64,000 nucleotides of DNA from Squalus acanthias (Eukaryota): contig CM059433.1 in NCBI GenBank assembly GCA_030390025.1, positions 23,872,001 through 23,936,000 of the forward strand, read 5' to 3'. This document shows, one piece after another, positions 54,101-62,882 of this stretch (positions are counted from its first letter, which is position 1; the number at the start of each line of letters is the position of its first letter). A model generated the notes under the pieces. That model made no database searches and had not been told where the DNA came from. It saw only the letters and a program-made list of their open reading frames with translations. A program made the translations under genes and the position numbers.

Positions 54101-56000
54101 TAAAAATGAACACTGCACCGACAATAAATTGGCAGTATAAATCCAGGGCCAGGGTCAGTTCCTGACCTGACTGTGGAGCAAAGCCGAGTGAGATTCCCTG
54201 GTCGAGGTGGTCAAACAGCTGCTCGGTTTAACACCACACAGCGTGCAAATCCAGTTGTGTCAAACCTAATTTCCAAAGTGCTCAGGAGGTCCATTTGATC
54301 CCTTGAACACTTTATAAACTTTAAAACAAAGACAAAATACTGTGGATTCTGGGAATATGAAATAAAAATAGAAAATGTTGGAAACATTCAACAGGTCAGG
54401 CAATATCTGTAGAGAGAGAAAGAGTTAACGTTTCAGGTCGATGACCTTTCATCAGAACTTGCCTGATTTTAACTTGAATGTTTAGAGAGCAGGATTCTCT
54501 CCCTTTTTTTATTCCTTCTCAGGCTATGAGTATTGCTGGCAAGGCTGGCACTTATTGCCCATCCCTAGTTGCTCTGAGAATGTGGTGGTGGGCCGCCTTC
54601 TTGAACCACTACATTAGTAGCGATTTGATGCAATTGAATGGTTTGCAAGGCCACTTCAGAGGAGTCAATCACGCTGGTGTGAGACTGGAGTCACATAGTC
54701 CCTAACCTCACTAGACATTTACTGAGACGGCTCTGCTGATTTAAACATGTGTCAAGCTCTCTACTAAACAGGACAGTAAAGTTCCAGCCAGGCAGGAGCC
54801 AAGCAGTGTAAAGTCTGCCTGGCTAGAAGCTGAACTGCAGCTACTCATCTCATACCTGTGTAAAAATATCTTAATGCCACTAGAGTAGAAAGTGATGGTA
54901 AATATTACAAATATCAAAGGGAAATACATGGAATCATATTTGTCCAGTGATAGTTTCTAAAGGAAGGGGGAGAGAGAAATCGAAGTGTTTAGATATTCAG
55001 TAGCATCTACAATAAAATTAAGGTTACATGTTAAGGGTTATGTTTGGTGCAGTGACTTTTTACTACTGCATCTAATTTCACGCCAAATGTAAATTAGTTC
55101 TGAAACTGCAGCATATGTGTTTTAGTATTTCCATACTTATCACCTGATATTTTAAAGTTGCAAATGGTACTTTTTGTATATTAATGTTTTTGAATCATCA
55201 TGCTTTTACAGCATGAAAGCCAGTTTTCCTTTGTGTAAAATCAGTGTTTTTTGTATTTATTAGCATTAGTGAGGAAGTGAAAATAAAAATGGGACTTTTT
55301 TTTATATTTAAATAAAGAGCAAAATTATAATGATATTCAGACCCCTCTCACCTGAATCTTTACAGCTTAAAGCTACGGTGCCCTATGGTTGCATATTAAT
55401 TAAACTTTTCTCATGACGGTTGAAGCTAAAGGAGCTGACTTCTGTGTTCTCTTTTAAAAATAAAAACAGAAAATGCTGGAAATACTCAGCGGGTCAGGCA
55501 GCATCAGTGGAGAGAGAGAGAGAGAGAAAGTTAACATTTCAGGTCACTAGCCTTTTGTCAGAACTGGAAAAAGTTAGAGAATCTCTAACAGGTTTTAAGC
55601 AAGTATATAGGCAGGGAAAGAGGGGAGGGGAGTAAAGAACAAAAGGGAAGGTCTGTGATCAGGTGGAAGGCAGAACCGATTAAATGACATTGTTGGATTT
55701 TTAACACTTATTAATCAATATATAGGAATTTATTCTGTAGTTTTCTATGCAGTAAAATTGTGTGCATCGTTAAATTCTTTCATCGTGCAAATGAACTTGT
55801 TTTGTAATTGTTTACAGATAGTAATCCCTGTGTTGCTTAAATACTAATTTAAAAAAACTTTTTTTGCAGCAAAGAAGATAAGGGGAAAGCCAATGAAATA
55901 ACTGATCTGTTGCCCTACTTTCAACAGCAGCTCACCTTACAGGACTCTTTCCACAAAATATGTCAACCTGGGTTTGAAGTGAACCAGACGCACATATCAG
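78..56000 (+). CDS. FBXO9: F-box only protein 9, 5' part (6 coding exons, gene continues beyond window)
   Basis: Spliced translation [41 protein letters not shown]...[51 protein letters not shown]...[44 protein letters not shown] matches vertebrate FBXO9 as I recall it (FRAQWMx[52 protein letters not shown]). All introns GT-AG, phases 0,0,0,1,2,1 are consistent. Confidence 0.95.
584..716 (+). repeat. Unclassified local repeat, copy 1 (others at 2445-2630 and 4165-4230)
   Basis: Shared tgtcctggaaccag..tgtgattaacctg..gattggg..aaagtgagga..tgatgagggtgtggatacc.gtcaat..tattagccagcag.tgaat. Confidence 0.75.
1153..2433 (+). mobile_element. CR1 LINE, 5'-truncated ORF2 reverse transcriptase fragment (open ORF 1161-2387)
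   Basis: [52 protein letters not shown] motifs; 3' UTR cut short; agtgaaa repeated at 1150-1156 and 2434-2440. Confidence 0.95.
2800..3725 (+). mobile_element. Degenerate CR1 3' fragment with a nested minus-strand CR1 3' end (about 3047-3334)
   Basis: [31 protein letters not shown] on +; the host frame is interrupted at ttgtatt| and resumes at cccatgagttt. Confidence 0.85.
4606..4955 (-). mobile_element. CR1 3' end
   Basis: aacataagaaataagagcaggagtaggcc tail, reverse complement of the tail at 24330-24365. Confidence 0.9.
5185..5510 (-). mobile_element. tRNA-derived SINE with Deu-like central domain
   Basis: aagtacttttgaagtgtagtcactgttgtaatgta...tagtgatgttggttgag...ttttacatccacctgagag shared with copies at 17772, 20215, 29725 and 58591. 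Confidence 0.7.
5571..5670 (-). mobile_element. Penelope-like terminal-repeat insert with minimal hammerhead core, 10-bp TSD
   Basis: GATTAAACTT at 5561-5570 and 5671-5680; minus strand AGTT-CTGACGA-AGGGTTCGACTT-GAAACGTT-GACT. Confidence 0.7.
7366..7940 (-). mobile_element. Two tandem CR1 3' ends (about 7366-7588 and 7589-7940)
   Basis: Two acataagaa...aggagcaggag tails; [16 protein letters not shown] on minus strand. Confidence 0.9.
9012..9239. mobile_element. Palindromic Penelope-like terminal-repeat insert with hammerhead core, 11-bp TSD
   Basis: ACTTTAATAAT at 9001-9011 and 9240-9250; arms 9044-9126 and 9157-9239 are near reverse complements. Confidence 0.75.
9104..9140 (-). ncRNA. Minimal type-I hammerhead ribozyme motif (putative)
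   Basis: AGUU CUGAUGA A AGGUC-ACC-GACCU GAAA CG UU AACU: catalytic boxes, 5-bp stem II (one extra A), palindromic AACGUU in place of stem III, 4-bp stem I. Confidence 0.6.
10117..10580 (+). mobile_element. CR1 3' fragment (different subfamily)
   Basis: [23 protein letters not shown]...FFTQRVVG; tttctatgat tail. Confidence 0.88.
11368..12345 (+). mobile_element. CR1 RT fragment with 3' UTR, followed by a SINE 3' tail (12345-12470)
   Basis: [29 protein letters not shown]; then tgtaaagcgctttgagatgtcctgaggtcg...aaatgcaagtctttcttt. Confidence 0.88.
13425..17108 (-). mobile_element. Near-complete CR1 LINE: ORF1 SGNH esterase, ORF2 APE endonuclease + RT, frameshifted
   Basis: ORF1 [24 protein letters not shown] (16445-17107); [33 protein letters not shown]; 3' tail at 13425. 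Confidence 0.95.
17489..17566 (+). CDS. FBXO9: FBXO9 coding exon 2 ([26 protein letters not shown]); alternative start 17486
   Basis: ttgctcttctattagcag| acceptor, CAG|gtagta donor, 78 nt, resembles the acidic EENESPAETDLQ N-terminus of FBXO9. Confidence 0.88.
17772..18220 (-). mobile_element. tRNA/Deu-type SINE, near full length
   Basis: Minus strand AAAGACCCCATGGCACTATTTTGAAAAAGAGC...GTGTCCTGGTCAATATTTATCC resembles the Deu domain of the AmnSINE1/SacSINE1 superfamily (from memory); L2-like tail. Confidence 0.7.
20215..20575 (-). mobile_element. tRNA/Deu-type SINE, diverged
   Basis: Homologous to 17772-18220; B-box-like gagttcaagccc on minus strand at about 20515-20526. Confidence 0.65.
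21600..24365 (+). mobile_element. CR1 ORF2 fragment with intact 3' tail, interrupted by a MITE
   Basis: [41 protein letters not shown]; tail ctcttatttcttatgttctta. Confidence 0.92.
22754..23529. mobile_element. Non-autonomous DNA transposon (Harbinger-like MITE) inside CR1
   Basis: TIRs GGGCTGGATTTTAC / GTAAAATCCAGCTC (13/14); CR1 RT sequence resumes immediately after. Confidence 0.75.
24366..28230 (-). mobile_element. CR1 LINE with intact 5' end (ORF1 zinc finger/leucine zipper + esterase, ORF2 APE + RT), 3' end missing
   Basis: From 27952 on minus: (ACG)[11 protein letters not shown]...[65 protein letters not shown]. Confidence 0.93.
28392..29006. mobile_element. Non-autonomous DNA element, left terminus eroded
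   Basis: gggtgcatgaggt versus acctcgtatgcaccc inverted; right end gcaaaatacggccc; CpG-rich ends, AT-rich core. Confidence 0.55.
29725..30080 (-). mobile_element. tRNA/Deu-type SINE
   Basis: Homologous to 17772-18220 (atagtgccatggga...ttttacgtccacctgagaggg...ggcctcggtttaacatctca). Confidence 0.7.
30853..31011 (+). CDS. FBXO9: FBXO9 coding exon 3
   Basis: ttattttcaag| ... AAG|gtaatg, 159 nt, [14 protein letters not shown]...[11 protein letters not shown]. Confidence 0.95.
31190..31645 (-). mobile_element. L2-type LINE RT fragment, diverged
   Basis: Reverse complement resembles 42050-42540 of the L2 element (cctttcctctccaaggtcttcgatcaagttgt). Confidence 0.7.
31998..32055 (+). CDS. FBXO9: FBXO9 coding exon 4 (TPR, first half)
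   Basis: ttttgcag| ... GAAG|gtaaat, 58 nt, [19 protein letters not shown]. Confidence 0.96.
32275..32470 (+). mobile_element. LF-SINE-like fragment
   Basis: ggtttaaattcagcc (B-box-like) ... cctatgtgaaatgagtt ... tctcaattcaattcgtaatggaca, in the order I recall for the LF-SINE consensus. Confidence 0.55.
32474..33905 (-). mobile_element. CR1 RT fragment with 3' tail, degenerate
   Basis: [30 protein letters not shown] on minus strand. Confidence 0.9.
36381..36429. mobile_element. Tiny Penelope-like terminal fragment with 14-bp TSD
   Basis: ATTAAATAGTAAAA at 36367-36380 and 36430-36443; insert caaaatactgcgaatgctgaaaatctgaaataaaa matches 9013-9047. Confidence 0.65.
38054..39564. mobile_element. 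Non-autonomous hAT (Charlie-like) element, about 1.5 kb
   Basis: Termini CAGTAGTTCTCCAACT / AGTTTGAGAAACCCACTG; subterminal ggacccc repeats at both ends; imperfect 8-mer flanks. Confidence 0.65.
40246..43910 (+). mobile_element. L2-clade LINE, APE + RT, frameshifted (5' boundary uncertain)
   Basis: [51 protein letters not shown]; tail ataaatacaagttgttgtt. Confidence 0.92.
44113..44212 (+). CDS. FBXO9: FBXO9 coding exon 5 (TPR, second half)
   Basis: tttgatttcag| ... TA|gtatgt, 100 nt, (A)[32 protein letters not shown](Y). Confidence 0.95.
44885..45716 (+). mobile_element. Degenerate CR1 3' fragment
   Basis: gcagatgacactaag-like RT start; ctcgaggggctaatggccgactcctgtttctatgtt tail. Confidence 0.82.
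45880..46220 (-). mobile_element. Old tRNA-derived SINE (related pieces at about 35400-35575 and 35690-35900)
   Basis: B-box ggttcaattccc on minus at about 46189-46200; attcatgtgt...gctatttg core resembles 35785-35830. Confidence 0.45.
46230..49150 (-). mobile_element. Old CR1 ORF2 (APE to RT), degenerate
   Basis: [13 protein letters not shown] at 48850; KFADD region at about 47010-47030; [11 protein letters not shown]. Confidence 0.8.
48369..48474. mobile_element. 106-bp MITE flanked by TTAA on both sides
   Basis: ttaa|GGGGTGAAATT ... AATCTTGCCCCC|ttaa inside the CR1 fragment. Confidence 0.55.
49350..50720 (+). mobile_element. Old CR1 RT fragment interrupted by a MITE
   Basis: cagcatggattcaggaaaggg..tgtttaactaacctggtggagtttt; agggtaccacaagggtca. 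Confidence 0.75.
50065..50477. mobile_element. Tc1/mariner (pogo/Tigger-like) MITE, 413 bp
   Basis: Perfect 24-bp TIR CAGGAAACTTTCGTTTATCCGGCA; TA duplication at 50063-50064 and 50478-50479. Confidence 0.92.
51646..51658 (+). promoter_or_regulatory. Consensus CTCF core motif
   Basis: CCAGTAGGTGGCG fits CCASYAGRKGGCR exactly; motif only, no binding data. Confidence 0.45.
52752..53835 (-). mobile_element. CR1 RT fragment with 3' tail
   Basis: [27 protein letters not shown] on minus strand. Confidence 0.88.
54323..54459 (-). mobile_element. Penelope-like terminal repeat with minimal hammerhead (54423-54459)
   Basis: Minus strand AGTT-CTGATGA-A-AGGTC-ATC-GACCT-GAAACGTT-AACT; homologous to 9013-9140. 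Confidence 0.7.
55456..55690 (-). mobile_element. Penelope-like terminal repeat, longer copy, hammerhead core mutated
   Basis: Homologous to 9040-9146; core reads CTGACAA...GAAATGTT. Confidence 0.65.
55870..56000 (+). CDS. FBXO9: FBXO9 coding exon 6
   Basis: tttttttgcag| ... CAG|gtacat, 131 nt, (Y)[43 protein letters not shown]. Confidence 0.95.
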
Positions 56001-57232
56001 GTACATAGTTCACTGGGAATACTGATGATAAATACTGCAAGTGCTTCTCTTGACACCTTCTCGGGTCAATTCCTTTATTAGTGAATTAGTATTGTAAAAT
56101 TGTAATATTTGTACAGTATAACTTGATTCCATCACAGGAGTACCAAAGCCATGTCTTTCACTCAGGAATGACACATTTTGGTGGAGTATTACACGTACAG
56201 TGGATGAGAAGCACCTTTCTTAAATTTTCATATGCTTTATGGAGTACACTAGTGTTTGCTTAAATATATTTCTGAGGTATATTCTGTGTATCAAAAATGT
56301 TCTGCATCTTTTTGGCACTTATGGTAGAAAATGTACTTAACCATGGAATAGGCACCAGAGGAGAACTTGTTCTTGCAGTGGCAGGTGATCCGAACAGCAT
56401 AACCATTTCATGACCAGTCGTCAATCTGACTGATCTGTACCACAGTAGTCATGATTTTTTCTGGACTTAGGAGACATTCCAGTAGAAGTAAGTTGATACT
56501 TGTTCTGGCACACAAGCTAATTGGTGGCTATTTGATTTCCTGGCGCAGTATTTTTGAATGCTGGCTTATCGTGTGAATTTATACATTTAACAGGAGCAAG
56601 CCAAATGATAAAGCAATCTTTTCATTTATTACAGTTAAAATGCTGTTACAACCATGGCATAAATTAATTCACAAAAAGAACATAAGATGGGTGTGAGTTA
56701 ATCATATATTTGATGATTTTTCAAGTTAATGCATGAAAACAGTGATTGGCTTTTTCAATAAAGGACCTGTGCATGAATCCAGGCAGGTCGATGGATTGAA
56801 AGTCTTTTGTTTACCAGCTATAAAGGTCTTGTGTAAAATTAGTTTAGGCAGTTTCAACCCAGTTTGCAATGGATATGGGCTCACTGTAAAACTAATTGGG
56901 AATCTCCTCACAAATAATGTGGAGAGTGGATAAAGTTATTCCCGTGCAGTCATGTATGCTCTTCTGAGGGTTGGAGGTGAAAGGGCGTGGTTGAGATGCA
57001 GTAAAGGGACAATTACTCAGCATCTGGCCATGCACCTCACCTGGGAGTGTTTGATACTTTATTTGACAACTGCAAAATTTTCTAATAAATAGAGACTTTT
57101 TAAATTGAGCAATCAGATTTCCATTTAAATTGCATATTTGTAACATTTCATTGTTAGTCAGAGTTTCACTGACACCACTCCCTCTTTTTATTGCAACACT
57201 ATATTATATCATGGTAATACAAATGCAAACAC

Positions 57233-57320
57233 AACAACTTGTATTTATATCACACCTTAAACGTAGTAAAACGTCCCAAGGCGCTTCACAGGAGTGTTAC
57301 AAAACAAAATTTGACAACAA
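57233..57320 (-). mobile_element. L2 3' end
   Basis: Reverse complement of the 43820-43910 tail. Confidence 0.8.
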
Positions 57321-58590
57321 GACAAGATACCCAGATAGACTGGGTATCTTGTCTCGTTAAACAAATGCTTAAACTAAGTTTTCATATGGTCAGCTGGTAT
57401 AGGCTTCATCTTGTGCATCTAAGGACTGTCAAAACCCTCCCAGTTGGTAAAAGTTGTGTTCAAATGTTAGTTGATGCAGATTTAAACCCAGGTTCTTACC
57501 ATGAAAGTGCAAAAGATGCTGAGCTATCTGTTTTCTCATTTACTCATTTTTTTAAAGATAACTGAAGGCACCTAAATTCATTGTCACTTTAGGTTGACCT
57601 ATAATTCTTTATTTTGAAATCTCCACACCCCTCGGTACCAGCACCTTTCCCTGGGGAAAATCATGAAAGAGACAATCTCCCTTTATGATGACAATCTAAC
57701 CTCTGGGATGTCATCCACATGATTCTCTGCCAACCATGCTACATGTAAGCAGGACCATACTCGAGGTTTGTTAATCAAAACCAGTTAAACATTCATCAAT
57801 CCTGCTGTCAGCTACATGTTTACTTTTAGCAAAATTTTGCAATTTTGTTTGTTTTGATAATGATTAATCCCTTCACTTTGTGTTATCGATCTCCGAAGTC
57901 TACTAAAGCAAGATTCGAGCATTGTCAGAAACGCTCAATGGTATTTGCAAATACTTCTGATGGCATTTTTCAAAACATGTAACTTTGAAGTGTCAAACTT
58001 GTCTCGGTTTTTAGTCCACAACAGGTAGAACTGTCTTCAATCCTTATGTACAGTTTTAGAAACGAAGAGACTATTACAAGATCTCTGCAGCTAAAACAGT
58101 TTCATCACTGAGCTCCCATGCAGCCTTCATTGTCTGATCTTGGGGAGTTAGACAAAACCTCTGCTTTGGATCAGAGTTGGTGTTCCCAGGACCAAATGTT
58201 TTTCTGAGCTGCAGCCACCCCTCCTTAAGGAACAGTGATGACAGCCCTCTTGGCATGTCAGAAGGCTTGCGTTTCAAGTTACAAAGTTGGCTCTGACCCA
58301 TTTTTAACTTTGGTTCTGAGAAAGTCAGTACATCACTGGACAGACAACACCATAATATTCTGGTGTCGAAACAAGCAAGGCCCCTTCATTAGGAAGCCAG
58401 CTTGATTGCATGTAAATTTTGAATCAACAGGATGAAAATTTTGGAACAACTTTCAGGGTGAACATTATGATAGCCAATTCACCCGAGTTAGACTACACTA
58501 TACTCCCATGAGTGAATGGACCATCCATAGGTAGTCCAGGACGTTTTTGCGATGCTCATCAATAGATCTTTTCACATCACTAATTGCTAT

Positions 58591-59014
58591 GTGTCAGCTG
58601 GATTTCATGCTCGCAGTCTCTCCTCTGAGCCAGAAGGTGTGGGTTCAATTCCTACTCCAGGAATTGAGCGCGTAATCTGACTGACACATCATTGCAGCAG
58701 TATGGTAGTGGTATGTCGTCAGAGCTGCTCTCCGTCAAATGAGATGTTAAACCAAGACCCTGCCTGCTAGTTCAGGTAGATATTAAAAGTCCTAAGGCAG
58801 TATTCAAAGAAGTTCCCCTCAACGAACAGCACCAAATCAAATTAACTGGTCAGTCACCTCTAATGGGGCGTTGCTATCCGCAAAATAGCCGCAATATTCA
58901 CGTACAGAGCAGCAGTCACAGCTCTTCAAAATAATTCACTCTATGTGAAGCATTTTGGAATCTTTCTGGGAGATTTGCTGAAGCACTGTAAATGAAAGCT
59001 CACTCTTTCTTTCT
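58591..59014 (+). mobile_element. tRNA/Deu-type SINE, diverged, full length
   Basis: B-box ggttcaattcc 58642-58652; gagatgttaaacc; tail tgtgaagcattttggaatc...aaatgaaag..tctttctttct. Confidence 0.65.
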
Positions 59015-61151
59015 TAACTCCTGTTTCTGATGAAGGACTTTGGACAAGTCAATTTGGAGGTTGAACAGTCTTTTCTTGAAAACAGATCTTTCTGTATACA
59101 TTACTTCCCTGTCTTTGGTCTCCAAAATAAACAGAAAATCAGAATAAAAACAAGCAGTGGTGATTCCACTAACACCATACTGGCCTTGGAAACTTTGATT
59201 CTCTGACATCTTGGAAGTTGAACAGTGCCTGCCTGATATTACTACCCCCCGGGAGAGACCTCCTCCCACAACTGCCTGGACAGGTTGTCCATTCAGACAT
59301 CCGACAGCTACTTCAACTTTTTAGATCAAGGTCTTCCTTTAATCGTAGTAGATATCCCACACATCTCTGAAACTCATTAGCTATATCCAAAAGTTTCTAA
59401 AGTGCTTATTGCATATATCCTCCACTGCTATCATGTTTCTGACAGAAAACAAATTAGCTCAAGTTAACGGTCAGTAAACTTAGTTCATTGTTACTTCATC
59501 AGACAATTCATCAGACAAATGTCTCAGAAGTAACCTCACACTTTCAACCAGTGTTACTGTTAAGACTTTACTGTTGTGGATGACGTAAACTTTAGTAGGT
59601 CCATCTTGGTCACCAAAGTTTCTGCTCCCTTACATGGGGCCCACCTCTTTTTCCGGATGTCTCTACTTGCTGAGTCTGCAACAGTACATGGAGGATGCAT
59701 AGAATTGCAACAAAAGATAATTATCACCTTCGTGCAACCAGTGAAATACATCTTCTACTCGGTGTTCCCATTCATCCATCCATGCAAGCTCTTGGAGGGG
59801 ACACTGCTAAGGATCCTTTCCATTTTGCGGAAGACATTTTCTTTGACACAAATTAGCCAGCTGTTTCACAAGTGTGGTCCTGCTTATGTACAACTTGGGA
59901 GAGGGAGAAAGATTTGTGCAATATTCCCAGTGTCCTAGCATCAAAAAGTTGTAATGGGGGGTGATCTCTTCCTTGATCCTCCCCAGCAAACAATGCTGGT
60001 ACCCGCCTGCTGTAACAGATACCTTCAGTTTGAAGAATAAAGACTACTTCAAAGGTAGGTAATCTTTCTTTTATAGCTCAGTAATTAATAATTGGACTGA
60101 GTAGTATTGAATGTAAAAATGAAGCATTCAAGATCTGGGCTTTCACTATAAAATTCACATAGTTCCCCATAATTGGCCTTAACCTTCCTTGTCCTTAATG
60201 TGTTGCAACATCATTGTTTAGCGTTTTTGCCATAATTCAAACATAACTTTCCAGATAGAAACCTGATATATTTTCAGTAATAAGAGATTTAGAAGTACCG
60301 ACTGCTCACATTAATATGATAACATCATTGTTTACTTTATCAACATTGAACTAGGAATTATTTCAAAAGGTAGACTAACCTGAATTTCATGACGACATTT
60401 AGATCTTTGACAAGATTAACTTGACAGGTTCAATCAAGCATGTGGTGTGACTAGCTGTATAGAATAACAGCTGGTGCCATCTTCTGCTATAGTTTTGGCT
60501 AGATTACATTTTTGAGAAAGCATACAGTATGAGCAAACAGTTGTTACTGGTATTTAACTGAAAGAGGCAGTGTAGTTCCCTTAGTACATTTTGTGAGAGC
60601 ATGTTCAAACCACAGGAGGTGTACTTCTGCAACCTTTTAGCATAGGTTTTGATTTGGTTCTTGACTTCAAAGAAAAGCCACATCTTGTTTTTGTTTCGCC
60701 GTAGGTCGTCAGTAGACAGAAGAAATGTTTCAAGGCCTGTGTCATAATGAAAGCATTTGTGCATTGACTGGGGCAAGGAGGTCTTCCACCTTGTAGATGT
60801 TGCTGCTGTGAATAATGCTCTGAGTTGGTGTACTAAGCACTTATGAGCAGTGCCCATTTCCCTCTCATTCTCCACCCCCTCCACCCCCCCCCCCCCCCCT
60901 TAAGAAATGTACTTGAGAATAATTGAGGGCAAGAAAAGGCCTTTTGGCCCATCAAATGAGTTGCTATAGAGCCCTACTTGCCCCTGCCTAGCAACAATTT
61001 GCATTTTGAACTCTGCTTGCCTGGCAGATTATTCCAAACATTTACTACCCTTTGAGTAAAACAAAACAGTAATATATCTATTTTAAATTTGTTATTCACT
61101 CACTGAAATGTCCACTATTCCTACCAGCTTAGTTTATTCATGTAATATTCT

Positions 61152-61856
61152 GGCCTAGAATTTGCAGTGAGTAATAACAGCGAACGAGCATTACCCCTTA
61201 GAAACTGACCGCAACTTCAGGATATAGCGCTTGTACATCCTAACGCAGAAACCCTGAAGTTGCGGTCAGTCATTCACTGTTCCAACACTGGCTGCGCTGT
61301 GCCCCCCCTCCACAGCCGGCAATCAGTGTAATCTGTCAAATCATGGAAACTAACGAAAACTTTGGCTCTTCCTCGGTAATACCGCTGTTACATACCCAAT
61401 TAAAAGTTGGACCCTTTTGGATTAGGTGTAACTGGGGTTTTAACAGTGTATCGACTGCTAAACAAAGGTTATGGCCCTGAAAAACAAATTTTAATGTTGT
61501 CGAGTGTCAAGTTTATCCATTTTAATAAAAATTAAAAATTTTAAGGAAGTTTGTTCATCTTTAATTCAGGTTTGCCTTTTCCCCATGTGAGAGCCCCAAT
61601 CTTAGTTTGGCTCTCTCTAACAGTTTTAAAAAGTTAGAATCAAAGGAGTTTCCTGGTTCGCTGTCTGAGAGAATTTTGTGTTTTGATTGGAAATTTAGAC
61701 AGCTTGTTGACATCACAGCAGCTCTTCGCTGGGAATCCCCATTAACTTGCGTTGATTTCAATTACCCGTCAGAAAAGCCGAACTTCTCGCCACAGACATC
61801 ACGAGATCTTTGTGGGAAGCTTACTTTGCTTTGCTGCTGACCGCAAATTACGGGAC
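61152..61856. mobile_element. Non-autonomous DNA element (Harbinger-like), diverged TIRs
   Basis: ggcctagaatttgcagtgag versus ctgaccgcaaattacgggac. Confidence 0.55.
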
Positions 61857-61915
61857 TCTGTGTTTAATTTATCCACAATATTTGATATTTCATCTACCTT
61901 GATTTTAAATATTTT

Positions 61916-62775
61916 GGGGGAAAAATTCAGTTGGTTGCGCCTCCCGTTAGCACCTTAAGAGGGCGCTAATGGGGCGCGAAGCAACTAGCGCCCGGGCGCG
62001 AAATTAACTAGACATTTTGCGGCGGCGCTAAACACTACCGCCGCGATCTCCTGCGCCGGCAGATCGTGATGTCAGTCGAGTGCGCAACGCCCCAGTAGCG
62101 CCCCGGAGCGGATATTGAGTGGCACCGCCTGCCGCTAGCAATGACAGGTTGAGGGGAGCGTTTTGCAGTCAGGAAGGGACTGGGGGAGCGCTATTTAAAG
62201 GCGACTGCTTCCTGCCTTTTTTTGGTGGTGACATTTTTGCACCACGCATTCTGAGAGAGAGAGAGAGAAACTTCTGGAGAGATTTAACGCTGTGTGAAGG
62301 AGTTTTGGGTACTGAGCAGCACTTTGCAGGTTCAGTTTCATTTGCCCTTCCTTGCATCTATTTAGAAGAGACTGTGGGGGCTGCACTCTGAGCTCTTTCC
62401 CTGGTACTCTCCATTGTTCTATCCAGCAGATTTGATGTACAGGTCTCTCCAGGCCGAGATTCAAGGCTGCAATGAGCAGGATGTGAATGGAGAGCAAGAT
62501 CAACCCTCCCCTTTAAGAACTGGCCGGCGTCATTGTGTCTGTGTTCCATTGCTGACTGACATCACACGAGCTTCGCCAGCGCTCTGAGTTAGCGCCTCGC
62601 TCCTCGGCCTTTGCGCCTTAAGACAGGTGTGAAGCGCCTGATTTAGCGCTCCAATCACCTCCAGGGGCGATAAAAGCCAAGTTTGCAGTCGGAGGCGATA
62701 ATTAGTGCCAGGCGCTAATCTTTGCGCCCGGACGATAATTGTGCCCCAAATGGGGCGATACTGAATTTTTCCCCC
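61916..62775. mobile_element. Harbinger/PIF-like MITE, 860 bp
   Basis: Perfect 16-bp TIR GGGGGAAAAATTCAGT; 3-bp TTT duplication; CpG-rich subterminal gcgcc/ggcgc repeats. Confidence 0.85.
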
Positions 62776-62882
62776 TTTATCTATATACCACCTCTCTAGA
62801 CTGTAGAGCTTAAGCTTCCCTACTCTTTCCTCATGGATGGTCACCATTACACTGGGATCAAGCTTGTTGCTCTTTGCTGCAT

